DNA from: Mobula hypostoma
Taxonomy: Eukaryota
Assembly: GCF_963921235.1 (NCBI RefSeq)
Contig: NC_086097.1
Span: forward strand, 112,842,001 to 112,906,000
Direction: 5' to 3'
Length of the DNA stretch: 64,000 nt
The position numbers and the translations under genes were made by a program. The notes beneath the pieces were generated by a model. The model did no database searches and was not told the DNA's origin. It saw only the letters and a program-made list of their open reading frames with translations. This document shows, one piece after another, positions 51,069 to 63,402 of this stretch. Every line of letters starts with the position of its first letter. The stretch's first letter is position 1.

Positions 51069-52895
51069 TTACTTCACTTTACTTTACTTTATAGTCGCCA
51101 AACAATTGATACTAGAGCGTACAATCATCACAGCGATATTTGAATCTGCGCTTCGTGCTCCCTGGAGTACAAATCGATAGTAAAAAGTAAAAATTTAAAT
51201 TATAAATCATAAATAGAAAATAGAAAAGGGAAAGTAAGGTAGTGCAAAAAACCGAGAGGCAGGTCCGGATATTTGGAGGGTATGGCCCAGACCCGGGTCA
51301 GGATCTGTTCAGCAGTCTTATCACAGTTCGAAAGAAGCTGTTCCCAGATCTGGCCGTACAAGTCTTCAAGCTCCTGAGCCTTCTGCTGGAGGGAAGAGAG
51401 ATGAAAAGTGTGTTGGCTGGGTGGGTCGTGTCCTTGATTATCCTGGCAGCACCGCTCCGACAGCGTACGGTGTAAAGTGAGTCCAAGGACGGAAGATTGG
51501 TTTGTGTGATGTGCTGGGCTGTGTTCACGATCTTCTGCAGCTTCTTCCGGACTTGGACAGAACAACTTCCATACCAGATTGTGATGCACCCTAGAAGAAT
51601 GCTTTCTATGGTGCATCTATAAAAATTAGTGAGGGTTTTAGGGGTCATGCCAAATTTCTTTAGCTTTCTCAGGAAGTAAAGGCACTGGTGAGCCTTCTTG
51701 GCAGTGAACTCTGCTTGTTGGACCAAATCAGGTTATTTCTGAAATTGACGCCGAGGAACTTAAAGCCTTTGACCTGTTCCACTTGCGCACCACTGATATA
51801 AATGGGGTCGTGCGGTCCGCTACTCCTTCTGAAGGCAACAACAAATTCCTTTGACTTGCTGACGTTGAGGAATAGGTTATTGTTTTCGCACCATGCCACC
51901 TGTTCTTAATTTCCTCTCTGTACTCAAACTCATCATTACCCAAGATATGGCCTACAATTGTGTCATCAGCAAACTTATATATTGAGTTCGATAGAAACTT
52001 GGCTACACAATCATGGGTGTACAGTGAGTACAACAGGGGGCTGAGTACACAGCCTTGTGGGGCACCAGTGCTCAGAGTGATTGTAGAGGAGAGCTTGTCC
52101 CCTATTTTTACAGCCTGGGTCCTGTTTGTGAGGAAGTTGAAGATCCAGCTGCAGATCTGAGCGCTAAGGACCAGGTCCCGGAGCTTAGGAATCAGTTTAT
52201 TTGGAATGCTGGTATTAAAGGCAGAGCTGTAGTCAATGAAAATGAGCCTTACGTATGTGTCTTTATTCTCCAGGTGTTCTAAGGAGGAATGTAGGGCCAG
52301 AGAGATGGCATCTGCCATTGACCTGTTGCTCCAGTAGGCGAATTGCAAAGTGTCAAGGTTGACCGGTAGGCTGTGGTTGATGTGTGCCATAACCAATCGC
52401 TCGAAGCACTTCATAGAAATTGATGTCAGAGCCACAGGTCGATAGTCATTCAGGCATGCCACCGTGCTCTTCTTCGGCACCAGGATTATCGTTGCCTTCT
52501 TAAAGCACGAGGGGATCTTAGACTGAAGCAAGGAGCAGTTGAAGATGTCGGCAAACACTCCAGCTAGCTCGCTTGCACAGGCCCGGAGAACCCGTCCCAG
52601 GACGCCATCTGGGCTCGTCGTCTTCCCTGGATTTATCTTCAAGAAAGCCCTTCTAACGTCCTCCTCAGTGCCGATGAATCTCGATGCCACCAGGTCTGGT
52701 TCATCCAGAGGAGCGGGACACTCCTCTTCTGTTCGACTCTTGCGTAGAATATGTTAAGTTCGTCAGGAAGAGAAGTGCCACAGTTATTGATAGTCCCAGC
52801 CTTTTCTTTGCGCCCAGTGATCTCATTTAGACCCTGCCATAGTCTACCGGCATCCCTCTGGTTATCCTGGGCTTCCAACTTGCTCGATATTTGAA
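51069..52895 (-). mobile_element. Young Rex/Babar-type LINE (RT, 5'-truncated)
   Basis: [50 protein letters not shown] and KFADD motifs. (TAAAG)n tail; TSD GAATCT (51063-51068 / 52896-52901). Confidence 0.95.
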
Positions 52896-55589
52896 GAATC
52901 TGGCTCTGTGGCTCAAAAGGGAGGTTGGCAGAAAAGGAGTGTAGTGGTGATAGGGCAGACAGGAGTTTCTGTGGGTGTGAAAGAGACAACCAGATGATAT
53001 GTTGGTGCCCAGGTGCCAAGGTCAGGGATGTCTCAGATCAGCTTAACAGTACTCTAAAAGGTGAGAGTGAAGAGTCAGAAGTTGTGGTATGCATTGTTAC
53101 CGGTCACATAGTAGTGAAAGCAGTAGGGTCCAGAAGTGAGAATATAGGGAGCGAGGTAGAAAGCTGAAAAACAGGACCTTCAGGGTAGTAATCTCTGCAT
53201 TTATGACTGCACCATGTGCCAGTGAAGGTAAGAATAAGATGATTTGGCAGAAGAACTTGTGGCTGAGTAACTGTGTGGGGGCACGGTTTTAGAATTCCGG
53301 ATTATTGGGATCTCTTCTGTAGAAGGTATGACCTGGTGAAGAAAGACAGGTTACTCCTGAATACAGGGGACCAATATTCTTGCTACACCTGGTGGAGTGG
53401 GTTTGAACTAAGTTGGTATACAAGTAGATGCTGTGTGTAGTGAGACAGTGAGCAAGAACAGGTAGATAATAGGGCAAAATTGCAGTCAGTGGGGTTGGTT
53501 GAAGTGGATCTTTAAACTGCATAATAGGAGAGGGATTCAACAGTATGGAAATGTGAAGATGAAGTAAAAGGGAAGGAGAATGGAAAAGAGGTTATGAAAT
53601 CCCCAGAATAAATAAACTAAGAAGTTTAAAAAAGGTTAAGAATTTAACTTCCAGTAACATGGAGGCAAGATTGAAAAGAGTTACAGTACTGAGGTGTTAT
53701 ATTTGAATGCACACAGTATACAGAATACGGTAGATGATCTTGTAGCGCAGTTAGAATTTGTCAGGTACGAGTTGTGGACATCACTGAAAGAAAATCACAG
53801 TTGTAAGCTGAACATCCAAAGATACTCATTGTATTGAAATGACAGGCAGGTAGGCAGCGAGGGAAGCATGGCTATGTTGGTCAATATGAAATCAAATCCT
53901 CAGAAGAGGTGACATCGGATTGGAAGATGTAGAATCCTTGTGGATAGAGTAAAGAAACTGCAAGGGTAAGAAGACCCTGATGTAAGTTATATACAGAACT
54001 CCGAACAGTATCCAGGATGTGGGATACAAATTACAGTGGGAGATAGAAAAGGGCAATGTTATGATAGTCATGGGGATTTCAAATTGCAGGGAGATTGGTA
54101 AAATCAATGTGGTGCTGGATTGAAGAAAAGGAATTTATAGAATGTCCATGAGATGGCTTTTTAGAGCTACTTGTGGGGTTGACTCCATTGGGGAAAAGGC
54201 ATTTCTGATTTGATTAGGGAGCTTAAAGTACAGGAATCCTTCGGAGTCAGTGATCATATGTTAGAATTCTCCTTGCAATTTGAGAAGGAGAAGCTAAAAT
54301 TAGATGTATCAGTGTTACAGTGGAGTAAAGGAAATGACAGAGGCATGAGTGAGGAGCTGGCCAAAGTTGATAGTAGCAGCAAAAGTGACAGAACAGCAAT
54401 GCTTGAGTTTCTGGAATCAAATAAGAAGGTGCAGGATAAGCTCATTCCAAAGAAGTATTCTGAAGAGAGGATGAGACAACCTTGGCTGACAAGGGAAGTC
54501 AAAGACAACATGACAGCAAAAGAATAAAATGAAGCATGATAAACAATGGGAAGTTACAGGATTGGGAACCTTTTAAAAACAAACATAGGCAAATGACAAA
54601 AACGATATGAAGAGAAAACAAGAAATATGAAGGTAGACTAGCCAATAATATAAAAAACGGTACCAGAAGTTTCTTTAGATATACTGTATAAAGAGTAAAA
54701 AACAGGTGAGAGTGGATATTGGATGACTGGAAAATGACGCTTGAGAGATAGTAATGGGGGAACAAAGAAATGGTGGATAAACTTAATAATTATTTTGCAT
54801 CAGTCTTCACTGTGGAAGACACCAACATCATGGCAGATATTCAAGAGCGTCAGGGGAAGATGTGAGTGTAGTTGATATTATTACGGAGAAGGTGTTTGGG
54901 AGGCTGGAATGCCTGAAGATAGATAAACCTTCTGGACCAGATGGACTACACTCCAGGGTTATAAAGGAAGTAGCTGAAGAGATTGTGGAGGTATTATTAA
55001 TGATCTTTCATGAATCAACTAGACTCTGGAATGGTTTCAGAGGTTTGGAAAATCATAAATGTCACTCCATCCTTTAAGAAGAGAGGGAGGCAGAAGAAAA
55101 TAAATTATAGGCCAGTTAGCCTTACCTCAGAATTTGGGAAGATGTTGGAGTCCATTATTAAAGATGAAGTTTCAGGGTACTCAAGGGACATATTAAAATA
55201 GGCCAAAGTCACCATAGTTTCCTATGTGGAAATCTTGCCTGGCAAATCTGAGGGAATTCTTTGAGGAAATAACAGGCAAGATAGACAAAGGGGAGTCAGT
55301 GGAGGTCATTTATTTGGATTTTCAGACAGTCTTCGACAAGGTGCTGCACTTGAGGCTGCTAAAAAAGGCAAGATCCCATGGTATTACAGGAAAGATACTA
55401 GCATGGATAGAAGATTAGCCGACCAGAGGCAAACTGGAAGAATATAGGGGCCTTTTCAGATTGGCAGCCAGTGACTGGTGGTGTTCCACGGGGGTTGGTG
55501 TTTCGACTGCTTCTTTTCACATAGATATCAATGATTTGAATGATGGAATTGATGGTTTTACGTTAAGTTTGATGGATGATTCAAAGATT

Positions 55590-55900
55590 TAATTGCTCTC
55601 CTGTTATTACTACCATCAGATAGGAGGTTCAGGAGTCTGAAGACAGACTCGCAACAATTTAGAAACAGCTTCTTCCTATCTGCCATCAGATTTCTGAATG
55701 GACAGCAAACCAGCCCATGAACACTACCTCACTATCTTTGCTCCTTTTGTAGTACTTATTTAAATTAAGTTTTTTATATGTACAGTATTGTTTCTTGTAA
55801 ATTATAGTATCTTTACGTACTGCACTGCCACTGTAAAACAACAATTTTCATGACATTTCTCAGAGATAATAAACCTGTTTCTGACTTTAATTCTAATTCT
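55590..55900 (+). mobile_element. Rex/Babar-type LINE 3' end nested in CR1
   Basis: LLPSDRRFRSLKT..FRNSFFLSAIRFLN and AATAAACCTG-(ATTCT)n-like tail. Confidence 0.7.
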
Positions 55901-56362
55901 GATAGGTGGCAGGGTAGGTCTTGTTGAGGAAGCAGGGTGTCTGCAGAAGGGCTCAGATAGATTGGGAGAATGGGCAAAGACATGGCAGCTGGAATACAGT
56001 GTAGGCATGGGTATGGTCATGCATTTGGTAGAAGGAATAAAGGTGTAGACTATTTTCTAAATGGAAAGCAAATTCAGAAATCAGAGGTAAAAAGGGACCT
56101 GGGAATCCTTGTGCAAGGCTCCCTAAAGGTTAAGTTGCAGGTTGAGTTGGTGGTGAGGTGATCAAATGCAAAATTGACAATTATTTCAAGAGTACTAGAA
56201 TGTAAAAGCAAGAATGTAATATTAAGGCTTTAGAAGGATGGTCAGACTGCACTTGGAGCATTGCAAGCAGATTTGAGCCCTTTATCTAAGGGATGTGCTG
56301 GCATTGGAAAGGGTACAGAGGAGGTTCATGACAATGATTCTGGGAATCAAAGAGTTAACATA

Positions 56363-56866
56363 TTAACATTAAGATTGGAGTGCAGAGACAGAGGGTGGGA
56401 GGTCTCAAGCTATCCATTCGAAGTAGGCTGCCGTGGGTTTATTGCGTTCACTTTCCAGAAGTGGCTGCGTGACCTTGGCTTCACTAGAAGAGAGATCAGT
56501 CATCCAGCAGGGCTTTAGCTGAGGCAGCAGAGAAAGGATCAGCACAGGTGTGGACCAAGTATGTCCAGAGGGGCAGATAGTCAGACAGTGTATACATATC
56601 TCGCAAGCCCTTCAGTAGCTGCATAGACACCTGAAGAGCAGGCTATCTGTTGGATGGAAGTGACCAACAACTCTGATAGAGGCAGATGCCAAGTTTTTAA
56701 GCTCACCAGTGGGAGGTGGTGCTTTAGCACTGCTGGTCCACCACCTCGAGGGAGTCTTGATCATAAGCGGGCCGAAACTCCTGAAGACAGGTGGCAGATC
56801 AACTGATGATCCCATTGGTGATAGCACAGAACAGTTAACATCTTAGTCCGTGTATTTTTTAACTCT
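56363..56866 (+). mobile_element. HERO-clade retrotransposon extreme 3' end, copy B (divergent family), nested in CR1
   Basis: LRLECRDRGWEVSSYPFEVGCRGFIAFTFQKWLRDLG..AEAAEKGSAQVW matches the RLE C-terminus of copy A. CR1 resumes at TATGAGGAA. Confidence 0.8.
56741..56813 (+). ncRNA. Permuted (pseudoknotted) hammerhead-like motif in the HERO 3' UTR, copy B
   Basis: CCACCT-CGAG-GGAGTC^-TTGATC-ATAAGCGGGCC-GAAACTCC-TGAAGAC-AGGTGG-CA-GATCAA-CTGATGA-TCCC. Confidence 0.75.
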
Positions 56867-59856
56867 ATGAGGAATGGTTGATTGCTCTGTCTCTATAATC
56901 ACTGGAGTTTAGAAGAATGAGAGGGGATCTCATTAAAACCTATTGGAAATTGAAAGGGCTAGATAAACTGGACATGGAAGAGTATGTTTCCTATGGTTTG
57001 GGACTCTAGGACCAAAGGGCACAGCCTCAGGATAGGAGATGTCCCTTTAGAACAGAGATGAGGACTTTCTTTAGCTAGAGGGTAGTGAATCTGTGTAATT
57101 TGTTGCCACAGACAGTTGTGGAGGAAAAGTTATTGGGTATATTTAAAGCAGAGGTTGATATGTTCTTGATTAGTTAAAGGTTTCAGAGAGAAGGCAGGAG
57201 ACTGGAGAGGAGGGATTGAGAGGGATAATAAATCGGTCATGGTGGAATAATGGAGTATTCTCAGTGGGCTTTATGGACTAATTCTGTTTCTATGTCTTCT
57301 GATCTAATCGACAAAAAACACCGCTGTTACTCCTCAGGAAAGATACTCCAAAAGTAGCATCTAAACCTGCTACCTCTGCTGCCAAGCAACATGAGGTCCT
57401 TTTGCCGGGCCTAAATTCCCAAATTCCCTCTCCATCGACACTCTGGGAGTATGTTCATGGAAAAACAGCAGCAGATGAAGAAGGTGACTCCCAAGCTTCA
57501 CATCGCCAAGGATGATGAAGGATGGATAGTAAATGCCAAGCTTGCCACTGGCACCAGCAATTCAATTAAAAAAAATAACTTACACAAAAATTCCTTATTA
57601 CAATAGTGGACAGGTTTCTAAAATGCTTTGATTATAAAGCACTTCAGGATTTCTTGAAGGTGATGTGGTTAATAAATTGGGATCTTATTGGTCTTTACTT
57701 TTAAATTTGTCTTAAGATCTGCTAGGCACTGTGAAAACTGAAGAATTAGTCAGATGCAAGTGTCTTGTATTCAGGTGGTATGAACAATCTATTGGAATTC
57801 TACAAAGTCCATTCACATCTGTGATTCACCCTCCCTCTCATGCACTAAATATGCAAGAATATAATCTAACTACTGAAATGAGTTCAGCTTGCATATTGTT
57901 GCAAGTCTAGTGCATGCAGCTGAGCATGATGTATTAAATGGCAAAATATTAAATCGCAAATCAGAAGTAATGCCTTTGACATTTTATTTTTCTGTACAGC
58001 TATCGTATTCAAATAAGACCAATGAAAAAGAATCAGATAGCCATTCTACTGTCTCCCTGTAATGATTTCTGTATCTGTTTATCTGCAGTACCAAGGATTA
58101 ACATGCTCAAAATACAAGCGGACAAATGTCCTTCAAACATAATAAGGTAATTCAATAACCTAGCACATTTCCATTCATTAAGGATACGATTTTTATTTTA
58201 TTTGCATGCAAGTTTTGGTTGCTCTTTTAATTCAACATCACTTCTATTTATCATGTCTGAGGGCTGATTATTCTGTGATAAGTATTTTTTGTCCACGTGC
58301 AAGTTTTCTGATGCCAGCTGACAGACCTTAGAGTGCAACTGGACTAATATAAATCTAGCATGACAAATTTAAATTTAAAACAATTGAAAGATTATGGTTC
58401 CTTTTATGTTATTGCTGAACTGGGTTAGATTAATGTCGGCTAACACATAACATGAATATTTTAAGCAGTGCGCTTAAGATTGCAAGCAATGAAAAAATAT
58501 CCTGTAGCAGTCACAAGGTCAGACATTGCTTTTCCATCCATTCACTTACCACGTAACACTAAAGAATCATTTGGTATCTCTTTTCCTGCATAACCTGCAC
58601 AACCCTAGCACTTCTGGCAGCAGATCTTGTAACAGTTTACTGTTCTCCCTGTAAGCAAGGAGCTGGTTCAATGCTCCACCATGAAGATTTTATGGTGTGA
58701 TGTCCAAAAGCAGTTTGTATGAGCAAAGAGATTGTTGTGCCTCTCATCCTACAGATAATGACATGGTTAAAACAACTCATTAAAAATTACACATCTCTGC
58801 ACAGCAGTGTATCAATAATTACAGCGCGTAGCTTTGTCAGCTCTGTGCTGCAAAAGAAACTTAAACACTTCTTGCTATTAATGAAAGATTCATTCAAGAC
58901 ACAAAAGGTTGAAAACTACAACGAATCACACAACAGGAAATGAAAACCAAAACACAAAATATTTGCCAGAGACAGAAAACTAAATCATGTTTTCTGTTTC
59001 AGTCTTTTGCTGGTTATGTCTTCATTATTTATAGATACAAGCACTGGTTTCCAGCCAATGAGGTTGAATCCAAATGATTAAATATGTATGACATTCCTTG
59101 CTGTGATATAAAGAGCCTATTGTGCTTTAAGAATCATAAGTGTTTTGTTATACTCCTGTTCTCGTAGGAGTCTAGTGTACTAAATCTGACTCTGGGAATC
59201 AATAGGACTATCAGATGCTGAATCCACCATATTCCCAGCACTAAAGGCGCTAAACAAAATTAAATCCATCCATCCAATTACAAGAGTTGCATTCCAACTT
59301 CGACTTCCATCTTCCAAATTATATCGAAGAATATAGATTTATTAACCCTAAAGAAATGAATATACTAATTTGGTTACATACTTAATAAATCCACTACCTA
59401 AATTTGACTATTTAAACAAAAATTCTATGTGAAAGTATGCTTTCAATCTCTACTTTCTTGCTTTGGTGTAAATTATTTAAAAAAACACTTTCACGTGGCA
59501 TTGTGACAAGGTTTACATGAAGTTAAACAATGCCATGTAATCTCAGAAAGAGAGAGCTCCTGGAGATGTTCCTATGTGGTTCTTGCATAATGCAAATGAT
59601 ACTTGTCATAGCAGGCCAAAACTGAAGGTCTTTTTAAATCAGCTGCCAGCACTGGCACACCCATTGGTCCATATGGCAGGCAAGTATTTAGTCAAGTCAA
59701 GTCAAGTTTATTGTCATTTATCCATATACATGTATACCTTCAAATGAGATGGTGTAAACCACAGTAGTACACATAACACACATATAACACAATAATGCAT
59801 AGATAAACAAAATAGAGTGTATAAACTAAATATTATATGATACAGCACAAATTATC

Positions 59857-60725
59857 TAGTGGCAAACTCTTCTCGGGCTCCCAGCTGGGTACAGGTGTCA
59901 ATTACAACGTGTTCATTACAAACTCTGCCATCTTCATCAGGGATGTTATACCTAGGTATGTCTAGTCCGGTGGTATTCATAACCCCGTCATCCGTCCCTC
60001 CCGATTGGTTAGTCCTCATCCAATCAGGTTTCTGCTTTCTCACCTTGGATCAAATTCCAGTTCTTACTTAGAGCGAGACCTTCGTCTTTGTTAAAAGTAT
60101 TTTCCTCCAGTTTTATTTCAATAGTTTCCTTCACCAGGCAGCCCCAAAAGCCATTGGCACAGAATAGTAGTTTTGTGCCATCAAAGACAATCCTATAGCC
60201 ATGGCGAATGCAGTGTTCTGCTGACGCCGATTTCTCCAGGTAACCCAAACTGATACACCTCCTGTAATCCTTGATGCGGGTTTCCACCGTGCATTCCGTC
60301 TGGGTGACGTATGCTGCTTCACCTTCACAGGGAGTCCTGTAAGCGCCAGCCAGCGTAGCTTACCCGGAGGAATCGGCAGTAGCAGAGCACTGCATTCACA
60401 ATGGCTATAGGATTAACTACAGTGGCACAAAACTACTGTGCTGCACTAACGGCTTTGGGACCTCCTGGTAAAGGAAGCCATTGAAATAAAACTAGAGAAA
60501 AAGAATTTTAACAAATTCGAAGGTCTTGCTCTATGTAAGAACTGGAATTCGATTGTAACCAAGGTGGGACAGTGGAACCCTGATTAGATGAGGACTAACC
60601 AATCAGGAGGGACAAACTATGGGAGTATACATACCACTGGACTAGAAATGCCCAGGCATCATCTCTGATGAAGATGGCAGAGTTTGTCATCGAAACGTCA
60701 GTTATAATCAATGCCTTTACTCAGA
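59857..60725. mobile_element. Penelope/Poseidon-type element as a divergent inverted duplication (GIY-YIG C-terminus plus terminal repeat on both strands)
   Basis: Minus arm: GAYRTPCEGEAAYVTQT..VETRIKDYRR..KSASAEHC..KETIEIK..FNKDEG. The plus arm (60360-60725) repeats the same region in the opposite orientation. Confidence 0.88.
60661..60703 (+). ncRNA. Minimal type-I hammerhead ribozyme (PLE family 2), core intact
   Basis: CTGATGA(60665-60671)-A-GATGGCA[GAGTT]TGTCATC-GAAA(60692-60695)-CGTC^. 7-bp stem II closed by G-C; palindromic ACGT helix III; stem I is weak. Confidence 0.75.
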
Positions 60726-61364
60726 AAAGTTTATGCATCACATACATTGGGAAAGCACTAGATCCTCTATCTGCTGGCACTTCAAATGCGACCCCTTGCA
60801 GATCCCATTTGCTGGTCAACTGGATGCCAAACATAGAAATGATTATGTCCCATACAATGTCACCATTTAATGGGCCAGAGCAATGCCCACCCATGAAACA
60901 GATGTAAAGAGCTCTAACACCCAAGTAAGTGACACCTTCTCTGCTGTTGTCCATCCCTTCAACAGCTTTTGTTCACAATGCCCATTACCTTTCAGAAAAC
61001 TTCAATAACTGTTAAAAACAATGAAAGAAATCAAAGTTAAAAAATTGCAACTTGAAACAAGTACCTGTTGTTATTCTCTAATTGTTATTCCAGTAAAATC
61101 AGTAATTTTTAAAAAATTATCCTGACGTCCTAAAGCAGCTCCTCTTATGGGGATGAATGGACATATGGTTCAACTGAGATTCATGACAAGTTTGGTCTCT
61201 TCTATCTGAGGAGTCCAGTGGCAAAGCTTCATTTGCGAACTACTCCTCACCAAGTTCAAGGCTTAAATATTCACACAGAAGTCCCAACTTTGATGGCACA
61301 TGCGCAATTACTAGCTAACAGCATGTTACTGTTAAATGCTTCATCGTCAGAAGATTTAGGAATG

Positions 61365-61850
61365 GAAAATAGAAACATAGAAAACCTACAGCACAATACA
61401 GGCCCTTCGGCCCACAAAGCTGTACCGAACATGTCCTTACCTTAGAAATTACCTAGGGTTACCCACAGCCCTCTATTTTTCTAAGTTCCATGTACCTATC
61501 CAGGAGTCTCTTAAAAGACCCTATCATATCCACCTCCATTACCATAGCCAGCAACCCATTCCACGCACTCGCAACTCTCTGCATAAAAAACTTACCCCTG
61601 ACATCTCCTCTGTACCTAGTTTCAAGCTTCTTAAAACTGTGCCCTCTTATGCTAGCCATTTCAGCCCCGGGAAAAAGCCTCTGACTATCCAAACGATCAA
61701 TGCCTCTCATCATCTTGTACACCTCTATCAGGTCACCTCTCATCCTCCGTAGCTCCAAGGAGAAAAGGCCACGTTCACTCAACCTATTCTCTTAAGGCCT
61801 GCTCCCCAATCCAGGCAACATCCTTGTAAATCTCCTCTGCACCACTTCTG
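61365..61850 (-). mobile_element. CR1 3' end
   Basis: [28 protein letters not shown]. Same family as 3949-4430 and 18120-18600. Confidence 0.92.
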
Positions 61851-62309
61851 ACCTGTAGAGGAAGAGAAGATTATCTACGATATAACAGAAAATAATTCAG
61901 TTTAGACACTATCTTGAAAGATCCCTTTAGCCTGGAGATCATTTTTTGTTCTAATTGTTCTCGTTTGTAAAGGTTGCGCGTAAATGACGCTTAATTTATG
62001 CTTTTCAAACTTCTCTGATGCTATGTGCTCGTGATGCCACTGTAAGTAAATTTTCCATTGCACCTGTGTGTATAGTACAATAAACTTGATTTTGAATTGT
62101 AATTCCTGAAATAAAATTCAGAGGTATTTACTTCCATGTCAAACCTCTGGAATTCTGATGTGGTTTGTGTTGGCTATGACTCTGTGTACACTCTTTACTC
62201 TGTCGGAAGGTTATAAGTTCAAATCCAGAAATACAAACACAGAAGTTGAGTCAAACACTTAAGAATAGAACAGTATGTGCTGTACTGTCTTTTGGAACTG
62301 AGGATTTAT

Positions 62310-62580
62310 TTTTTATTTTATTTAGATCTACGATGTGAAGCAGGGCCTTCTAGCCCACAAGCCGTGCTGCCTAGCATCCCACCAATTTAACCCTCGCCTA
62401 ATCACAGGGCAATTTACAATGACCAATTAATGTACTAACTGGAATGTCTTCAGACAGTGGGAGAAAACCGGAGCACCCCGAGGAAGCACACGCACACAAC
62501 AAAGAACATACTTTTTCACAGAGGGCGCTGGAATTGAACTCTGAACTCTGACACCCTGACCTGTAAAAGCATTCCGCTAT
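62310..62580 (-). mobile_element. tRNA-derived SINE
   Basis: The reverse complement has GAGTTCAATTCC, GTGCTCCGGTTTTCTCCCAC, ATTGGTCATTGTAAATTGCCC and an A-rich tail. Confidence 0.75.
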
Positions 62581-62883
62581 CGTGGGCCCAAAGCCTTGAA
62601 TGCTCACTCAGAAAAATCTGTGGAACCATCTCTAAGAACAGCATGCAAGTTATCTCCTTTGAAATGCTGAACAACCATTCATCAATCAACAACATCCAAA
62701 TATACGCATGATGACTTAGAATTTGCCATGTACAATTTGCTAGCTACATTTATTACCTTATAAAGGACTACACCTGAAAAGATCAATGACGAGAGAGTGT
62801 TTTCACTTGAGGGGAAGCACAGAGCCGTAAGCTATCTATAAGACATGAAGTGTCGGAGTTGAATAATATAGATATACTTTAGA

Positions 62884-62963
62884 GAAGGGTTCCCAACCTG
62901 GAGTCCTTGGATTCCTTGGTTAATGATAAGGGTTCATGGCATATAAAAGGTTGAAAACCCCTG
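62884..62963. mobile_element. Small hAT-like MITE
   Basis: Imperfect TIR AGGGTTCCCAACCT / AGGTTGAAAACCCCTG, about 80 bp. Confidence 0.5.
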
Positions 62964-63402
62964 ACTTAAGTGAAGGCAAATGAAGAATTATGTGTAACCA
63001 GGTGACGGTTGAATATTATTTTTATTGTTAAAAGTGCACATATGTATTCACAACAGTAATGATACAATAGCTGCCTGTGCCTTTAAGAAAAAATGGTAAC
63101 ATCATTGTGCACGTGTGGAGTAGAAAATAAGGGTTACAGTGTTCTAGAAAGCATGGGAGTGCTGGGAGCAGCTTTTCCCCAATGTGCTGGTCGTATGGTA
63201 AGGAAAGATTTTCACATGTAAGGTATCGGCACTGGAGATCATGGTCGAACGAGTTCCTTATCGGCCTAGTAGCGTAAGCAAGAAGAACTGGTTTCAAGGT
63301 CTAGCCCAGGCTACAAAATATGGAAAAGAGGTTTACACTGACAGTCTAACGTGAGGAAGAATCTTCAAATGAACCATAAATGCCTATATTGCATGGTCGG
63401 TT

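Larger units (their letters stand above)
50950..57305 (+). mobile_element. Long decayed CR1 LINE (ORF1 esterase plus ORF2) hosting nested Rex/Babar and HERO insertions
   Basis: VAIPLKDRH (ORF1), RSFCGCERDNQMICWCPGAKVRDV, INYRPVSLTSEFGKMLESIIKD and KSCLANLREFFEE remnants; CR1 3' UTR near 57300. Confidence 0.85.

Noticed and set aside
56774..56787. GAAACTC-CTGAAGA read as a conventional hammerhead core
   Set aside because: There is no room for helices I and III between these motifs. The downstream CTGATGA (56803), with its perfect helix I, fits better and is the element shared with copy A.
58543..58570. 9-nt microexon candidate ttctttag|TGTTACGTG|gtaagtg (minus strand)
   Set aside because: The polypyrimidine tract is poor and the peptide (CYV) is not the known EDKV-type RIM microexon. 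I did not find an EDKV-coding exon in the window by eye.
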